64,000 bases of DNA from Octopus vulgaris. Its lineage: Eukaryota. The DNA lies in contig OX597827.1 in NCBI GenBank assembly GCA_951406725.2, positions 8,556,001 to 8,620,000 on the forward strand. Reading direction: 5' to 3'. Positions 13,890 through 26,458 of the stretch are shown piece by piece. The notes under the pieces are model-generated. The model did no database searches. It saw nothing but the letters and a program-made list of their open reading frames with translations, and was not told the origin of the DNA. Positions within the stretch are counted from its first letter, which is position 1. Each line of letters opens with the position of its first letter. A program made the position numbers and the translations under genes.

Positions 13890-14980
13890 ATACATTCTTA
13901 CTATAACGTTTCCATGAGTATCAAAGATGCATTATAGCCACTAAAGCCCCCCCCCCCCAGACAACAGATTCACTCACAAACAATTACTGTGTTATCATTA
14001 AACACAGCCGCCGCCCTTATGCATAATCACTGCTTTCACTGTTATGTTGAGATTGATTAAAAAGAAAAAGAAAAATAAAAAATAAATGAGACATGAATAA
14101 TAATAAAAAAAAAATAATGCTAACTCTTCTCTTTTGCTTTGATTGATTGCACTACGTTTTCATTTCAATTAAATGTAAGCACAAATGGCTGAATTATTTG
14201 AGAGTAGTATTCGAAGGGAAATTTTTGCTGTTATGGCGTGTTAGTAATGATTTCATATAATGTGGAATTATGAGATATGTATTTAGAATACATTTATGGA
14301 TAAAATGTGAAAGATCTTTAATGTGAAATGTTGACAAAGATAATCAAGATAGTTTAATAGCAAAAATTCAAATAAAAGTTCATATAGCTTTGTGTTGTTC
14401 ACTAACATAGATTAATATACTTTCATGTTAAACTCTAAAACAGAAAGAAAAAAAAGGTTAATATACATTATTGTTAAACCTTTTCAATAGCATTAGTTTT
14501 AATGTTTAAACTTCAATAAAAGCTGATAGTTGTCAATTTTAAACATAATAATAGAAATAATTCCAATTGTAGGTGTTCTTCATTGATGCATTGCATTCAA
14601 TCTAGTTTATATTCAATAAAAGCAGTTGTCATTTGAAGTGTTCCTAGTTTACATTTGCTATGTAATGAAGTATTCAGCCTTGCAGGAAAACACACACAAC
14701 ACACACACACACACACACACACACATATGCACACGTACACACGCATTCACATACACACAAACAAAATGTATTTTAAAATGCTGTCATACTGACCTCTAAC
14801 TCGTATTATATTTATAAGTCTCTTGTGTTTTTTGAACTCAGGCGAATACTTTGTTGGGTTACAGATTAATTTGATTTAACGAGAGATATTTCAACATGAT
14901 TTTTTTTTTTTAAATGGAGAAGTATTTACATCCATAAGGAAATATTTTGGTTGTATGTGTGCAGGTATACATACAAGTAA

Positions 14981-15211
14981 GGCGGCGAGTTGGCAGAATC
15001 GTTAGCAAGCCGGGCGAAATGCTTAGCTGTATTTCGTCTGCCGCTGGGTTCTGAGTTCAAATTCCACCGAGGTCGACTTTGCCTTTCATCCTTTCGGGGT
15101 CGATAAATTAAGTACCAGTTACGCACTGGGGTCGATGTAATCAACTTAATCAATTTGTCTGTCCTTGTTTGTCCCTTTCTGTGTTTAGCCTCTTGTGGGT
15201 AGTACAGAAAT
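14981..15211 (+). mobile_element. SINE family B (tRNA-like head, Deu/Nin-type central domain, no simple-repeat tail)
   Basis: B box GAGTTCAAATTCC; central gcctttcatcctttcggggtcgataaattaagtaccag; TSD aggtatacatacaagtaa (14963-14980) / aggtatacatacacgtaa (15212-15229). Confidence 0.85.
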
Positions 15212-15918
15212 AGGTATACATACACGTAAGTATGTAAGCATGCATGTGTGTGAATTGTGTGCGTGCATGTGCGTGCATGTGTGTGTGTGTGTGTGTGTGC
15301 TTGTGGTTATAGAAGGATATAGTAGAAGACACTTGCCCAAGTGCAACTGAACCTGAAGCCAGGCGGTTGGGAAACACACTTCACATTGGCACTTTAAAGC
15401 AGATTTTCTTTAAACTCTCCCAGGGAAATGTGCCAGTAATTTCTCATTTGATCTCTAGCGTCTTATGAAACCAAAAAGGTAGAAAACCCCTGTCTTAATA
15501 TTTTAACAGTTGCTGGACTTCTTTTCTTTTATTCTTTTACTTGTGTCAGGCATTAAACTGTGGCCATGCATGGGCACCGCCTAAAAGAATTTCAGTCAAA
15601 TAAATCAACCCCACTACTTTTTTTTTATATTCTAAACCTTGTACTTATTCTGTCCATCTCCTTTGCTGAAGATGCATATGTATGGGTTACTATTCAGAAA
15701 CCCAGGTCAATGTGTATCACGTCAGGCTAGAGATGGGAGCAATGATTTCCCTTCGTAAATTCTGATCGGGCACAGACAGTGTGTCGTTAGCTAGCTGGAG
15801 GAGATGTATTCCTGGGGCTATAAACTACAGTAGCATCGTCCCATATGGGTCAGCCACATTTAGGTGGCAAATGTACTTCACAATGTCATGCTGCTACAGT
15901 TTAATTCTGAGATTTATA

Positions 15919-15962
<44 letters not shown>

Positions 15963-16013
15963 AATAAATAGAGAGAGAGAGAGAGAGAGAGAGGTGGATA
16001 GATAGATAGATAG

Positions 16014-16080
<67 letters not shown>

Positions 16081-16093
16081 GTAGGTAGGTAGG

Positions 16094-16147
<54 letters not shown>

Positions 16148-17032
16148 CAACTGGCTTCTTTCAGTTTCTGTCTACCAAATCCACTCAGAAGTCTTTGGTC
16201 AGCCTGAGGCTGTAATTGAAGACACATGCCTAGGGTGCCACATGGTGGGAGTGAACCCCTGGTAGATAATTTTTCCAAAACTAATACATATGTATTTCCA
16301 AAACGAATATCTTTACATAACAAACCTTAGCTCTACAGATATTTGCTAATATGGGGGGAAAAAATGGAATGTATGTAACACATGTCAATGTTGATACACA
16401 TTTGCTGAAAGGTAACTGTCTTAGAGATCAAACTAACACAGATATTTTTCTATTATGAATTCTATAACCCACACCGATGGATCTCAATACATAGTAATGT
16501 TTTCCATCACCTCAAAATTTTAAAGCGTGATAATAAGAGTGACATAACAACATTTTATTTTATCTATTTATTTTTTAGTTTTTTTTTTGACTAATGTCAA
16601 AACTCAGTAGTGTTGCTTGCAAGATAACCAGTCATGCCAAACCATGAAAACAGTGAAAGAAATCTCTCTGAATGTCAAATTTTTGAGACATCATATATAT
16701 ATATGTCAGCTATTCATATTTTAACATCATTCACCTTTCATCTTCAGTAGAAGCAAAATGAGTGAAAGAGTTGTAGTAAAACAAAAAAGTGTGAGTTGCA
16801 TTTTTGTTTTAGAAACATTAAAAAAAAAGTATGTAAAGAAACTTGAGTTGCTCTTATTTACTTTTACCAATATGTTGTCAACAAATATATATAGATAATA
16901 CTAACATTTGGGTCTTGAAAAAAATGAGCTATAACTTTTTATCTTTTAACGTAACATGTTTTGAATTCAAACCTTGATACAGTTGTTGTGTCTTGTATAT
17001 TCAGGCCATGGTATATTTCCCTGTCTGTTTTT

Positions 17033-17472
17033 GCGAGCTGGCAGAAACGTTAGCACGCCAGGCGAAGTGCGTAGCTGTATTTCGTCTGCCGTTACTGAGT
17101 TCTGAGTTCAAATTCCACCGAGGTCAGCTTTGCCTTTCATCCTTTCAGGGTCGATAAATTAAGTACCAGTTACGCACTGGGGTCGATGTAATCGACTTAA
17201 CCCTTTCATTACTGCATTTATTTTGAGATGCTCTGTATTTCTTTCAATTACTTTAAATATAACAAAGAATTTAGTAAAATAACTTGGTTATCATTAAGCA
17301 AGTGTTAGGAGCATAAATTGTGACTAAGGTTTGGTGGAAGATTTTAATTGAGAATTTATGAAAACAAGACATTTGTACTAAAGAGCCAGGGTTGGCAACA
17401 AAAGGGTTAATCTCTTTGTCTGTCCTTGTTTGTCCTCTCTCTGTCTAACCCCTTGTGGGTAGTAAAGAAATA
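17033..17472 (+). mobile_element. SINE family B interrupted by the piggyBac MITE
   Basis: Matches 14981-15211; 18-bp TSD ggtatatttccctgtctg at 17010-17027 / 17473-17490. Confidence 0.85.
17201..17406. mobile_element. piggyBac-type MITE inserted in a SINE
   Basis: TTAA|CCCTTT...AAAGGG|TTAA; interrupts the family-B SINE exactly at its TTAA. A related decayed copy lies at ~8392-8530. Confidence 0.75.
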
Positions 17473-19034
17473 GGTATATTTCCCTGTCTGCTCCAGTCTA
17501 CCTTGTAGAAGAAGACTAAGAAATAGATTCATCAGCAAAATGATGATGATGATGATAATTATGATGATGAACACAAGCATGATCATCATCATCATCATTG
17601 TTGTCATCATCATCGTCGTCGTCGTCGTCGTCGTCACCACCACTATTTAGCATCTGTTTTCCAGGCTGGCATTGGTTGACTGATTCAACAAGAGCGGGTG
17701 AGCCAGAAGACTGCACTAAGTCAGCTTCAATGTCTGCTTTAACATGGTTCCTATGACTGGATGCCCTTTCTAATGCTTATCGCTTCACACATTGTATTGA
17801 GTGTGGTTTACATGATACTAGCACTGGTGAGGTCACCAAGTAATTTGCAACAGAAGACCTATCTATAATGAAGGGTCTCCATGCATTTGCATGTGCATGT
17901 ATATATGTAGCTGTATATAAATATATACACACACAAAGACACATGCACACACGCACCCCCCCACACATACACACAACATGAACACACACACACACACACA
18001 CATGCAGTTTATATATATAGTACATTGTTATGGTTGCTTTAACTCCTAGAGATAGGTGCCAAATCTCCCTCCAATTTAACTTAAATAATAAAAATAAATT
18101 TGCAAAAAATAGTCCTGGTTATATAAAAAAAAAATGAAATGGCTGTGTCTGTAATGCTTTTGATAATAGGTCTGTTCAATCACCAAGGAAACAATATCAT
18201 ATTAAAACACATTCTCTTTGAAAATTTCTAATAAACTTTAAAGGCACACTGAATTGTAGAATTAGCTAGAAAAACCAATGTTGTAGTTTTAACATTAAAT
18301 TTCTATAAACAGTGGTTGGTCACATGTAACTCATCTAGACATCTGGTGTTTTGATATCATCTAGACATCTGGTGTTTTGATATTATCTGATATCATTCTC
18401 TTGCAACTATAGAGATTCATTTTTATCATAATTTGGTTTTGAAATTGGGTTTTAACCATCTCAGCTATAAGACAGCAATGAACCGATAACTTCTTAGAAG
18501 TGTCGTGATAAGTGACAACTTCACGTTAGAAACCTAAAATCTCTGACTCAATAACAGATATTTATCTTTTTATCAAGTGTATCTCGGAATTCTTACAAAC
18601 AAGTAAAATGAAATATCTACTTCAAGCCAGTAATAAACTTGATTCTTCTGTCTAACACCTTGTCTGCAAAGATAGTAACTGATATCTTTGAAAACATATC
18701 AAAAGGAAACTAGTTAGGAAAGCTTACTGGATTGTGAGTTTGATAAGTGATTTGGAAAAAGACACATTGTAATTTTCTTATGGCATTTAAATCAAGCGTG
18801 TAAACAAAGTGAGAGGAGAGATGGGCAGGGAAAGGGAATTTATCTTGGATCACTCTGAAGAATTCATCCTTCATTTTGGCAAGTTACAAACAAGTATTTA
18901 AAAAGAAATAAGATTAATAAATAGTAATTTCTTATTTTCCAGTTGTGTGAATTTTAATAAATTATAAAAACAAATGGTAATTAATTTACTAATGTATATA
19001 AGGCCCTAAATTAGTTTAATGATTAAAACATGAC

Positions 19035-19328
19035 ATAGGTAAGATCACAGTATAAGGTCATTCATTATAGGTAAGATCATAGAATAAGGTTCTTCATTAT
19101 AGGTAAGATCATAGAATAAGGTTCTTCATTATAGGTAAGATCATAGAATAAGGTCATTCATTATAGGTAAGATCATAGAATAAGGTTCTCCATTATAGGT
19201 AAGATCATAGAATAAGGTTCTTCATTATAGGTAAGATCATAGAATAAGGTTCTTCATTATAGGTAAGATCATAGAATAAGGTCATTCATTATAGGTAAGA
19301 TCATAGAATAAGGTCATTCATTAAGGTA
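19035..19328. repeat. Minisatellite, 32-bp unit x ~9
   Basis: ataggtaagatcatagaataaggt(tcttc/cattc)att at 19035, 19067, 19099, ... Confidence 0.95.
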
Positions 19329-19859
19329 GTAGTATCCAGATGGTGCACTGTGACACAACTAAGTGTTTTCAGAAAATTATGAAAATTATATTAAAAGAAA
19401 AAGAAGAGACTAATACAAGCTAAAATTAGAAACAAAGTTTTCATAACTATATTTTATCTGTTGAATAAAAACAAAACAGTTTAAGGCTTCCTGCAGTATA
19501 AATAATTTATATCTATAGGCTAAAATATATAGAACTCATTTTTTAATACATTTTCTTTGACATTAGACACAAAAATGTACCAAAATAGACTTTTATCCTA
19601 AAAAGTAATAACACAACAACAACAATAATAACAAGCATTTTCAAATCCATTTTCTCTGCTAATGCAAGGGGTAAAAGAGAAGAAGACTATCACGTGGTTT
19701 ACAAGACCCTATGACAATCTTTTCTATTTTTTCCCTACGTCTTCCTTCATCAGTCTTTGTATCTTGATTTGAATTAAGTACAAATATATCTATATATATG
19801 TAACAAGAAGTAACAAAATGTGTCAGGGATAGGAAAGGCGCCTTACACATAAATTGACT

Positions 19860-20163
19860 CCCTGTCAGTTATGATGATGAGTGTTCCACTTGATCTCATC
19901 AGCCTGCTCATGAAATTAACATGCAAGTGACTGAGCAGTCCACAGATACATGTACACTTAATGTAGTTCTCAGGGAAACTCAGTATAACACACAGAGTGT
20001 GACAAGGCCAGCCCTTCGAATTACAGGTACAATTCATTTTTGCCAGCTGAATGGACTGGAGCAATATGAAAGTAAAGTGTCTTGCTCAAGAACACAGTGC
20101 ACCACCAGGAATCAAATTCATGATCTTAAGATCATAAGTCAAATACCCTAACCACTAAGCCAC
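19860..20163 (-). mobile_element. Chimeric SINE: family-D-like head and CORE joined to a family-C 3' half
   Basis: 20035-20163 resembles 8140-8270; 19860-20030 resembles 27770-27945. Confidence 0.7.
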
Positions 20164-20429
20164 ACATGTTTACAGGGTAGGTTTCTAAATTCAATACAAA
20201 AACACTGCAGCAAAAATAGACCTCATGATAATTTTCTGTAAAGTGTATAATGAATAAAAAGAAAAAAAGTTTAAGAACCGCTGGTCTAAATCTTCGTCCG
20301 TTTTTATGATCAGAGCTATGATCAAAAGAATTCTAACCATGACCATTCTATCTTTTTAGCGGGTATTTTGAAGAACTACTACAAAATATTAATTTTCAGA
20401 TTAAATTCAAAGTCTAACAGCATGCATAT

Positions 20430-20773
20430 TGCATCGTGGGAGAAGGTTATGCAGGTAACATCATGGAATAAGGCACTGCATATAAGATCATGGAATAGGG
20501 TCATATGTGTAAGATCATGGGATAGGGTCATATGTGTAAGATCATGGGATAGGGTCATATGTGTAAGATCATGGGATAGGGTCATATGTGTAAGATCATG
20601 GGATAGGGTCATATGTGTAAGATCATGGGATAGGGTCATATGTGTAAGATCATGGAATAGGGTCATATGTGTAAGATCATGGGGATAGCATCACATATTT
20701 AAGATCTTTGAATAAGATCATACACATTGAGATCGTGTAAGTTCACACATGTAAGATTATGGAACTAGGTCAT
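20430..20773. repeat. Minisatellite, 27-bp unit; ~7 homogeneous units (~20483-20685) with degenerate flanking units
   Basis: gtaagatcatgggatagggtcatatgt repeated. Confidence 0.95.
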
Positions 20774-21022
20774 CATCATCATCATCATCATCATCATCGT
20801 TTAACGCCCGTTTTCCATGGTAGCATAGGTTACTCTTAAAAATGTAGTACACAATAGTTTTTGAGAAAATAGCAAATGAATAATTTTTGCTAGGGCAGTT
20901 AATATTAGTTTACTCAAAATTAAGAAATCACTGCTTTTAACTCCATCATTTTCAATTATTCTTACCTTAGCATCTTACCTTAGCTCTACCTTAGCTCTAC
21001 CTTAGCTCTACATTCTTACCTT

Positions 21023-21275
21023 AGCTCTACCTGCGACGATTTCATCTCAATCGAAGGAGAGGAGCTTTCTCCATCCGGGTTGCGGATCCGTGGAACAAGC
21101 TGCCAGACGAGATGGTAAAGATGCCGACGACCGCTTTGTTCAAAGCCTCCCTGGACCTCAAGTGGCCTGAACTCTTTACATGAACACCACCCTGTACTTA
21201 ACTCCATGTCCCCCTACATGGCCTTGCTATTTGCTTTTGAGCCAAATTAACTAACTAACTAACTAACTAACTAAC
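21023..21275 (+). mobile_element. Young 5'-truncated CR1-clade LINE 3' end
   Basis: LYLRRFHLNRRRGAFSIRVADPWNKLPDEMVKMPTTALFKASLDLKWPELFT* is the CR1 ORF2 C-terminal F..RV...WN.LP...FK..LD motif; CpG-rich; (AACT)n tail; TSD tagcatct at 20968-20975 / 21276-21283. Confidence 0.85.
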
Positions 21276-21535
21276 TAGCATCTATCTGTGTTTTCTGCCA
21301 CTGAATGGCTGCTAAGTGAGTGTCTAAAAACTATCATAAGAATATCTATTTTAAGAAAATTAAAATCAATGGTGGGGGGTGTGCACCCACTATAAATAGA
21401 CAGGACGGTCATGATAAAAATGTTTTAGATCATTAGTCAGATTTCTCCAGGGTGACCTAGGGCAAAACAGAAACAAAAACAACAGCAACAACATAAATTC
21501 AATTAGTGAAATAATAATATCGAATTGTCACTCAC

Positions 21536-23956
21536 TTGTGATGTTTCTTCGGTGGTAGCCGGCCAAGGAATTCCTGTTTGCAAACTTTCTCTGTTAGGAT
21601 TCATTTGTCTCCTTGCATTCACAAGTTGTTGCATTTTGCTTTCCTCACCAGAAAGTGTTGTCACTGGGACATCATATTGAAATGACATAGGCTCCCCTAA
21701 ATCAGTTTGGTGGTTATCTTCTGAACTACGATAAGACATGTTTGTCCCACGTCTTAGTTTAGAATTTTTATTATTACTGCCTTTCACAATGCAAATTGTT
21801 ATAGACACAACAAGTACAACAGATACTGCTACTGCTGCAACAATGATAATGATGAATAAATTAATATGTATTTTGTTGTCAGACTGTGTATCAATAGCAG
21901 TGAATAATTTAGCTGTTGTATTGCTTACGGTTAGAGTTAAAGATAGTGTTGTTGTTGCTGATAAGCTTGGTGTGCCACTGTCTTTGACAGCCAAATGAAG
22001 CTCAAATGACCCAGCATCATTTTGATGAACTGGCCGAGAGAAAGACAATACTCCTGTGTAAGGATTAATGGCAAATAAATATTTAGCATTGCCTCCTCGA
22101 AGTTCATATTTAAGAAAAGCATTTTGTCGACTGTCTCGGTCTGCAGCTCTTAATGTTGTAATGTCACTTTTACTCTGCGGGTGGTAGTGAACATCAAGAC
22201 TGAATGGGTTAACACTGGGGAAGATGAAATATGGTGCATTGTCATTTTCGTCCATAATTTCCACAATAACCTTTGCCGTATCATTAAGTGACGGTACCCC
22301 ATTGTCTTTGACTAAAACTTTGAACTCATAAATTTCTTGCTGTTCACGGTCCAACAGTTTTGTAGTAGAGATAAATCCAAAATTAGATATTTCAAAAGGA
22401 AGAAAATGTCTATTGCTTTTGAATATCGTGTAAGTAAGATGACCTCCAGGTCCCAAATCAGGATCAGTAGCATTAACAAAGCCAACAGGAAAATTTGGCC
22501 TTTCATTCTCATAAGTTAGAAATTTAAAAGTATCTTTTGTGAATTGTGGTTGTACATCATTGACATCTATCACTTGAATGGAGAACTTTCTTTCTGTTTT
22601 CAGCGGAGGAGATCCTTTGTCTTGACAAGTTATAGTAAAATTTATATATTTCTCAATCTCTCTGTCAACACGATTTTTTATAACCACTTTATATTTCTTT
22701 ATTCCTCGACTCTGTAGTTGAAATTTATCACTGTCAAGATTACAGCTGATCTCTCCATTTTCTCCAATGTCATTATCAATAATTTTCAGATAAGCTATAA
22801 AGTTGCCAACTTGTATATCTTCAGAAATCATGGCAGTGCTTCCTGATGACTCTGAGAAGAAATTCATATCAATAGTAGGTGCATTGTTCTGTTGATTGAT
22901 AATATTTACAAGTATAACAACAATTGAACTCAAAGGTGGGCTACCTTCATCCCTGGCTTCAATAAATAACTTAAATCTTTTTCTCTTTTCTTGATTGTAT
23001 TGTTCATTAAGGAAAATTTCTCCAGTAATTTCATTTAATCTGAAGTATGTTTTAACCAGTTCAGAAGTTTTAGAACTAAAATAATACTGAACCTTGCTGT
23101 TTTTACCAGAATCCATGTCTGTTGCAACAATCATTGCAATTGGTCTATCTAGTTGGTGTCGGTTGTTAATGGTAACATTATAGAGATTTTGAGAGAATAC
23201 TGGAGAATTATCATTTATATCTCCTACAGATATTTCAACTTGTAATGTGCCTTGGTTCTGTGGAAAACCTGCATCTTTAGCAATGACTTCTAACATATAG
23301 GTCTCTTGTATCTCTCTGTCTAACTTATTTTCTAAAGTGATTCCAAGGGAATAAGAACCATCAACCCTTTTTGAAACGGCAAGTGAAAACGGATCATCAT
23401 GATTTTTTATTAATTCATAGTTGATCTGGGAGTTCAATAAGCCAACATCATTGTCAATAGCATTAGAAATTGATTTAGTCATTCCTTTTCGATCCCCTTC
23501 AGAGAATTGAAGCTGAATTAGTCTTTTAGGAAATTCAGGCCGATGGTCATTGATATCTTCTATAATTACCTTGATTTCTAATATTTTAATGAAAAATTTT
23601 TCTCTTTGCACAGCAACATCAAGCATTCTAAAGCATTCTTTATTGTAGCTACAAAGTGTCTCTGCATCTAGAGTCTGTGTGGTGTATAGTTTTCCTCTTT
23701 TGGTGACATTGAATAACTGAGGAATGTCAGAATTATGTTTTATTTGACTGAAACTTATCCGATCTTTGACTGGAAATGTTTCTACAAAATGGGTATCGAT
23801 GTCAATATCTCCAATATAAGTATTAGATCTTTTACCTTCTTCAACATGGTAAGTCACATCAACACAGAGACAAGATGTTATAAAGATCATGAGAAAAATC
23901 AACGGCATCAACATATCGCTAGTGAAAAATGTTGCTAAGCAACAGTGGTTGATCAT
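21536..23956 (-). CDS. PCDH: Protocadherin, large ectodomain exon (signal peptide, EC1-EC6, TM, proximal cytoplasmic tail); 807 codons, continues into downstream exon(s) not identified
   Basis: Within ORF 21503..24175. Cadherin motifs LDAE/LDRE/VDRE, AxDxD, DINDHRPEF, DINDNSPVF, DVNDVQPQF, DENDNAPYF; EC1 C-x5-C (CSYNKEC) typical of protocadherins; TM INLFIIIIVAAVAVSVVLVVSITICIV. Likely ATG at 23956 (MINHCC...), just after an acceptor ttttctttttt gtcag/ttgcag (exon start 23999 or 23993). Phase-0 donor CAA|GTGAGT at 21536/21535, so the ORF tail VSDNSILLFH is probably intron. An alternative downstream Met start cannot be excluded. Confidence 0.95.
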
Positions 23957-24982
23957 TTTTAAAGAGAGGGCCTCATGTGATGGTTCAGAAAATCTGCAAC
24001 TGACAAAAAAGAAAATAAACAAATTGTGTTTATATTGAGAATATATATACTTTCTTTCCAAAATACTTTTAAGGAGTGTTTTAAAAAAAGTGTGTTTATA
24101 CCCCATGTCATGCAGCAGAAATAGTGATAAGAAGAATTCACGAGAATTCATTCCTTCAAGAAGACACATATACAAAATTGATATGTTCGAATGTAGTTAT
24201 TTAGCAAGAGAAAAGCTTTATAGATATATATGTATATTTTTAACTATATTTTCTGGACTTGAAGGTGATAAGAATGTACAAGTATACATAAAATATAAGT
24301 TTTATGCTTCTGCAAGAAGAAAACCCTGCTGGGATGCTGCAAATGAAAAGTAAGCGTCATTGCAAGTGAAATTTTTCTTAAGACATTTTCTTTTAGCATT
24401 TCTAAATGGTGTAATAGCAAAATATCTGGCTGTGTCTTAACATCAAAAATCATCCTAATGTGTTATAAAATGTTACTATATCATGTGGAAAAGAAAAATG
24501 ATAAATAAATTTTTAAAAAAACTGGTGAGAGCCTAGAAAACATTACATCTTAAGAACTGTTTCAGTAGCTGATTCACTTCTTTACATTAAATATTAAAAA
24601 TTTTTTAAACTGAACAAAGTATTCAAAGTATGAATACATGCTTCACTAAAGATGATATCAATGGCTACATATAATTAAGTTAGACAGATATCTGTAATGT
24701 AAGCTGGATAATATCTAGGACAGTTACCAACTTTCTAAATCATTGAAGTAATTCGAGAATTATTTGGAGATAGTTTTGCCGAAAAACTCATCAATTATTG
24801 AAAAAAAACTAAAGCCATATCAGATACTGTTCTATCCAGTCTTCCTAAACTCTGAACCATAAAAAAAAAGAGAAGCTAAAATAAGTAAAATATAACTATG
24901 ACAAATGATTATATATATTTATATAAACACAACATTTCTATAATTATTCATAGTATGGCTATACCAGATCAATGGTAACAAT

Positions 24983-25105
24983 ATTTATTGACAGTAGCCC
25001 AAGAAATGATTTTTGGCACATTAATCCTATCAGTAGTCATGTCAAATATATCTGACAGAACCACATCATACCTCCTCTACACTTGTCAGCCTCTTTCACA
25101 TAAAA
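24983..25105. repeat. Left arm of a perfect 123-bp inverted duplication
   Basis: Exact reverse complement of 26541-26663; the ORF track shows the same peptide on opposite strands. Confidence 0.95.
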
Positions 25106-25734
25106 TCTCTAGGTTGCCTGCCCCTGCGAATGACAAGCAACCATTTTTGTCATCTCTTGACAAATTCAATTAACTTTCCTGATCACATTTCACTGCCTGT
25201 CTTGGAATAAAAACCTCTATAACTCCCAGAGCAGGAAGCAAGATGGCTTAACTTAGCATTGATCAAGTTAAATTGTGTAGGATAAGTGATAAATGGGAGT
25301 CGTTTCACCTGGGATTTTTGCATAATAAATCTTTTGTTGCCATGTAGAATCTTGAAATTAGATCAGAATAGCCAGTTGAGGCATTTCCTGCACACGGTTA
25401 ATAAATAAACTTGATCAGTTTACTTAACGCAAAGTCTAGCACAGCAAGAATATTGATGATAGTGTTGAAATGAATGAAGAAGATAAATTGAATTTATCCA
25501 GCAAGCAGTTTACCAAGCTATGCATAGTAAATAAGAGCAAGTATAGGATTTCATCTCCCTAGTGTTCATGATAAACACATTTTATAAGTATGAAAATTTT
25601 ATAAGTATGAAAAGATGAATCTATTTTATTATTTCTCAATTTACAATGAGAGTTATCAAAATACATGAGACCAAAATAATATCTGTATGCATGCAAACAG
25701 ATTCATTGTATGTATGTATGTATGTATGTATTTG

Positions 25735-25784
<50 letters not shown>

Positions 25785-25798
25785 CATATCTATATATG

Positions 25799-25832
<34 letters not shown>

Positions 25833-25864
25833 CACATATATATATATTTACATATATATATGTG

Positions 25865-25911
<47 letters not shown>

Positions 25912-26084
25912 ATGTATGTATGTATATAGACATATAGACATATAGCTAGCTATATAGATAGATAGATAGACACCTACATATGACTATATATATATATATA
26001 TATGTCTGTGTACATGTATACATAAACCACACATACACACACATGCACACAAGCCTACAATATACACAGACACTGTAAGTTTAG

Positions 26085-26340
26085 TATAGTTTCTGATTCT
26101 ATCCCTTCGCGTTTTCTTGTTCCCTTTACTTCTCTTTGATATAGGGTATAACCCGAAACGTTAGATCTTGGCTCTATTTCTTTCTGTTGGTGTATATTTA
26201 CTTTCATTGTCCACATTCTTTGATTGTTATTGTTTTGTTTCATTTTCCATCCCTTCTTCAATCTTTTTTGCTCGTCTAACTTCATTCATTATTTACTTTT
26301 TTTGCCTTTTTCTTTACCTGAATCTTCTGCATTTCACATA
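26085..26340 (+). mobile_element. T-rich Penelope-like terminal fragment with hammerhead-like motif
   Basis: 26133-26165: tct-TTGATATA-gggt-ata-accc-GAAA-cg-TT-aga. Boundaries approximate. Confidence 0.45.
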
Positions 26341-26364
26341 TATATGTTTTTCATCTACCCATTA

Positions 26365-26412
<48 letters not shown>

Positions 26413-26458
26413 TATGTGTTTGTCTGTGCCTGTCTGTTCTGTATATATATATATGTGA

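Noticed and set aside
19035-19328. 32-bp repeats resembling a CRISPR array
   Set aside because: Contiguous tandem units with no unique spacers; eukaryotic context.
19683-19756. Minus-strand CTGATGAA...CACGTG hammerhead-like trace
   Set aside because: GAAA and stem II are too degenerate to support.
20368-20688. 9-aa repeat ORFs (RSWDRVICV / HMTLSHDLT) as a possible exon
   Set aside because: A 27-bp minisatellite gives open frames automatically; there is an in-frame stop just upstream on the gene strand and no acceptor.
23957-24175. N-terminal 73 aa of the 890-aa ORF
   Set aside because: Crosses a polypyrimidine tract and acceptor and lies before the signal peptide; read-through into intron/UTR.
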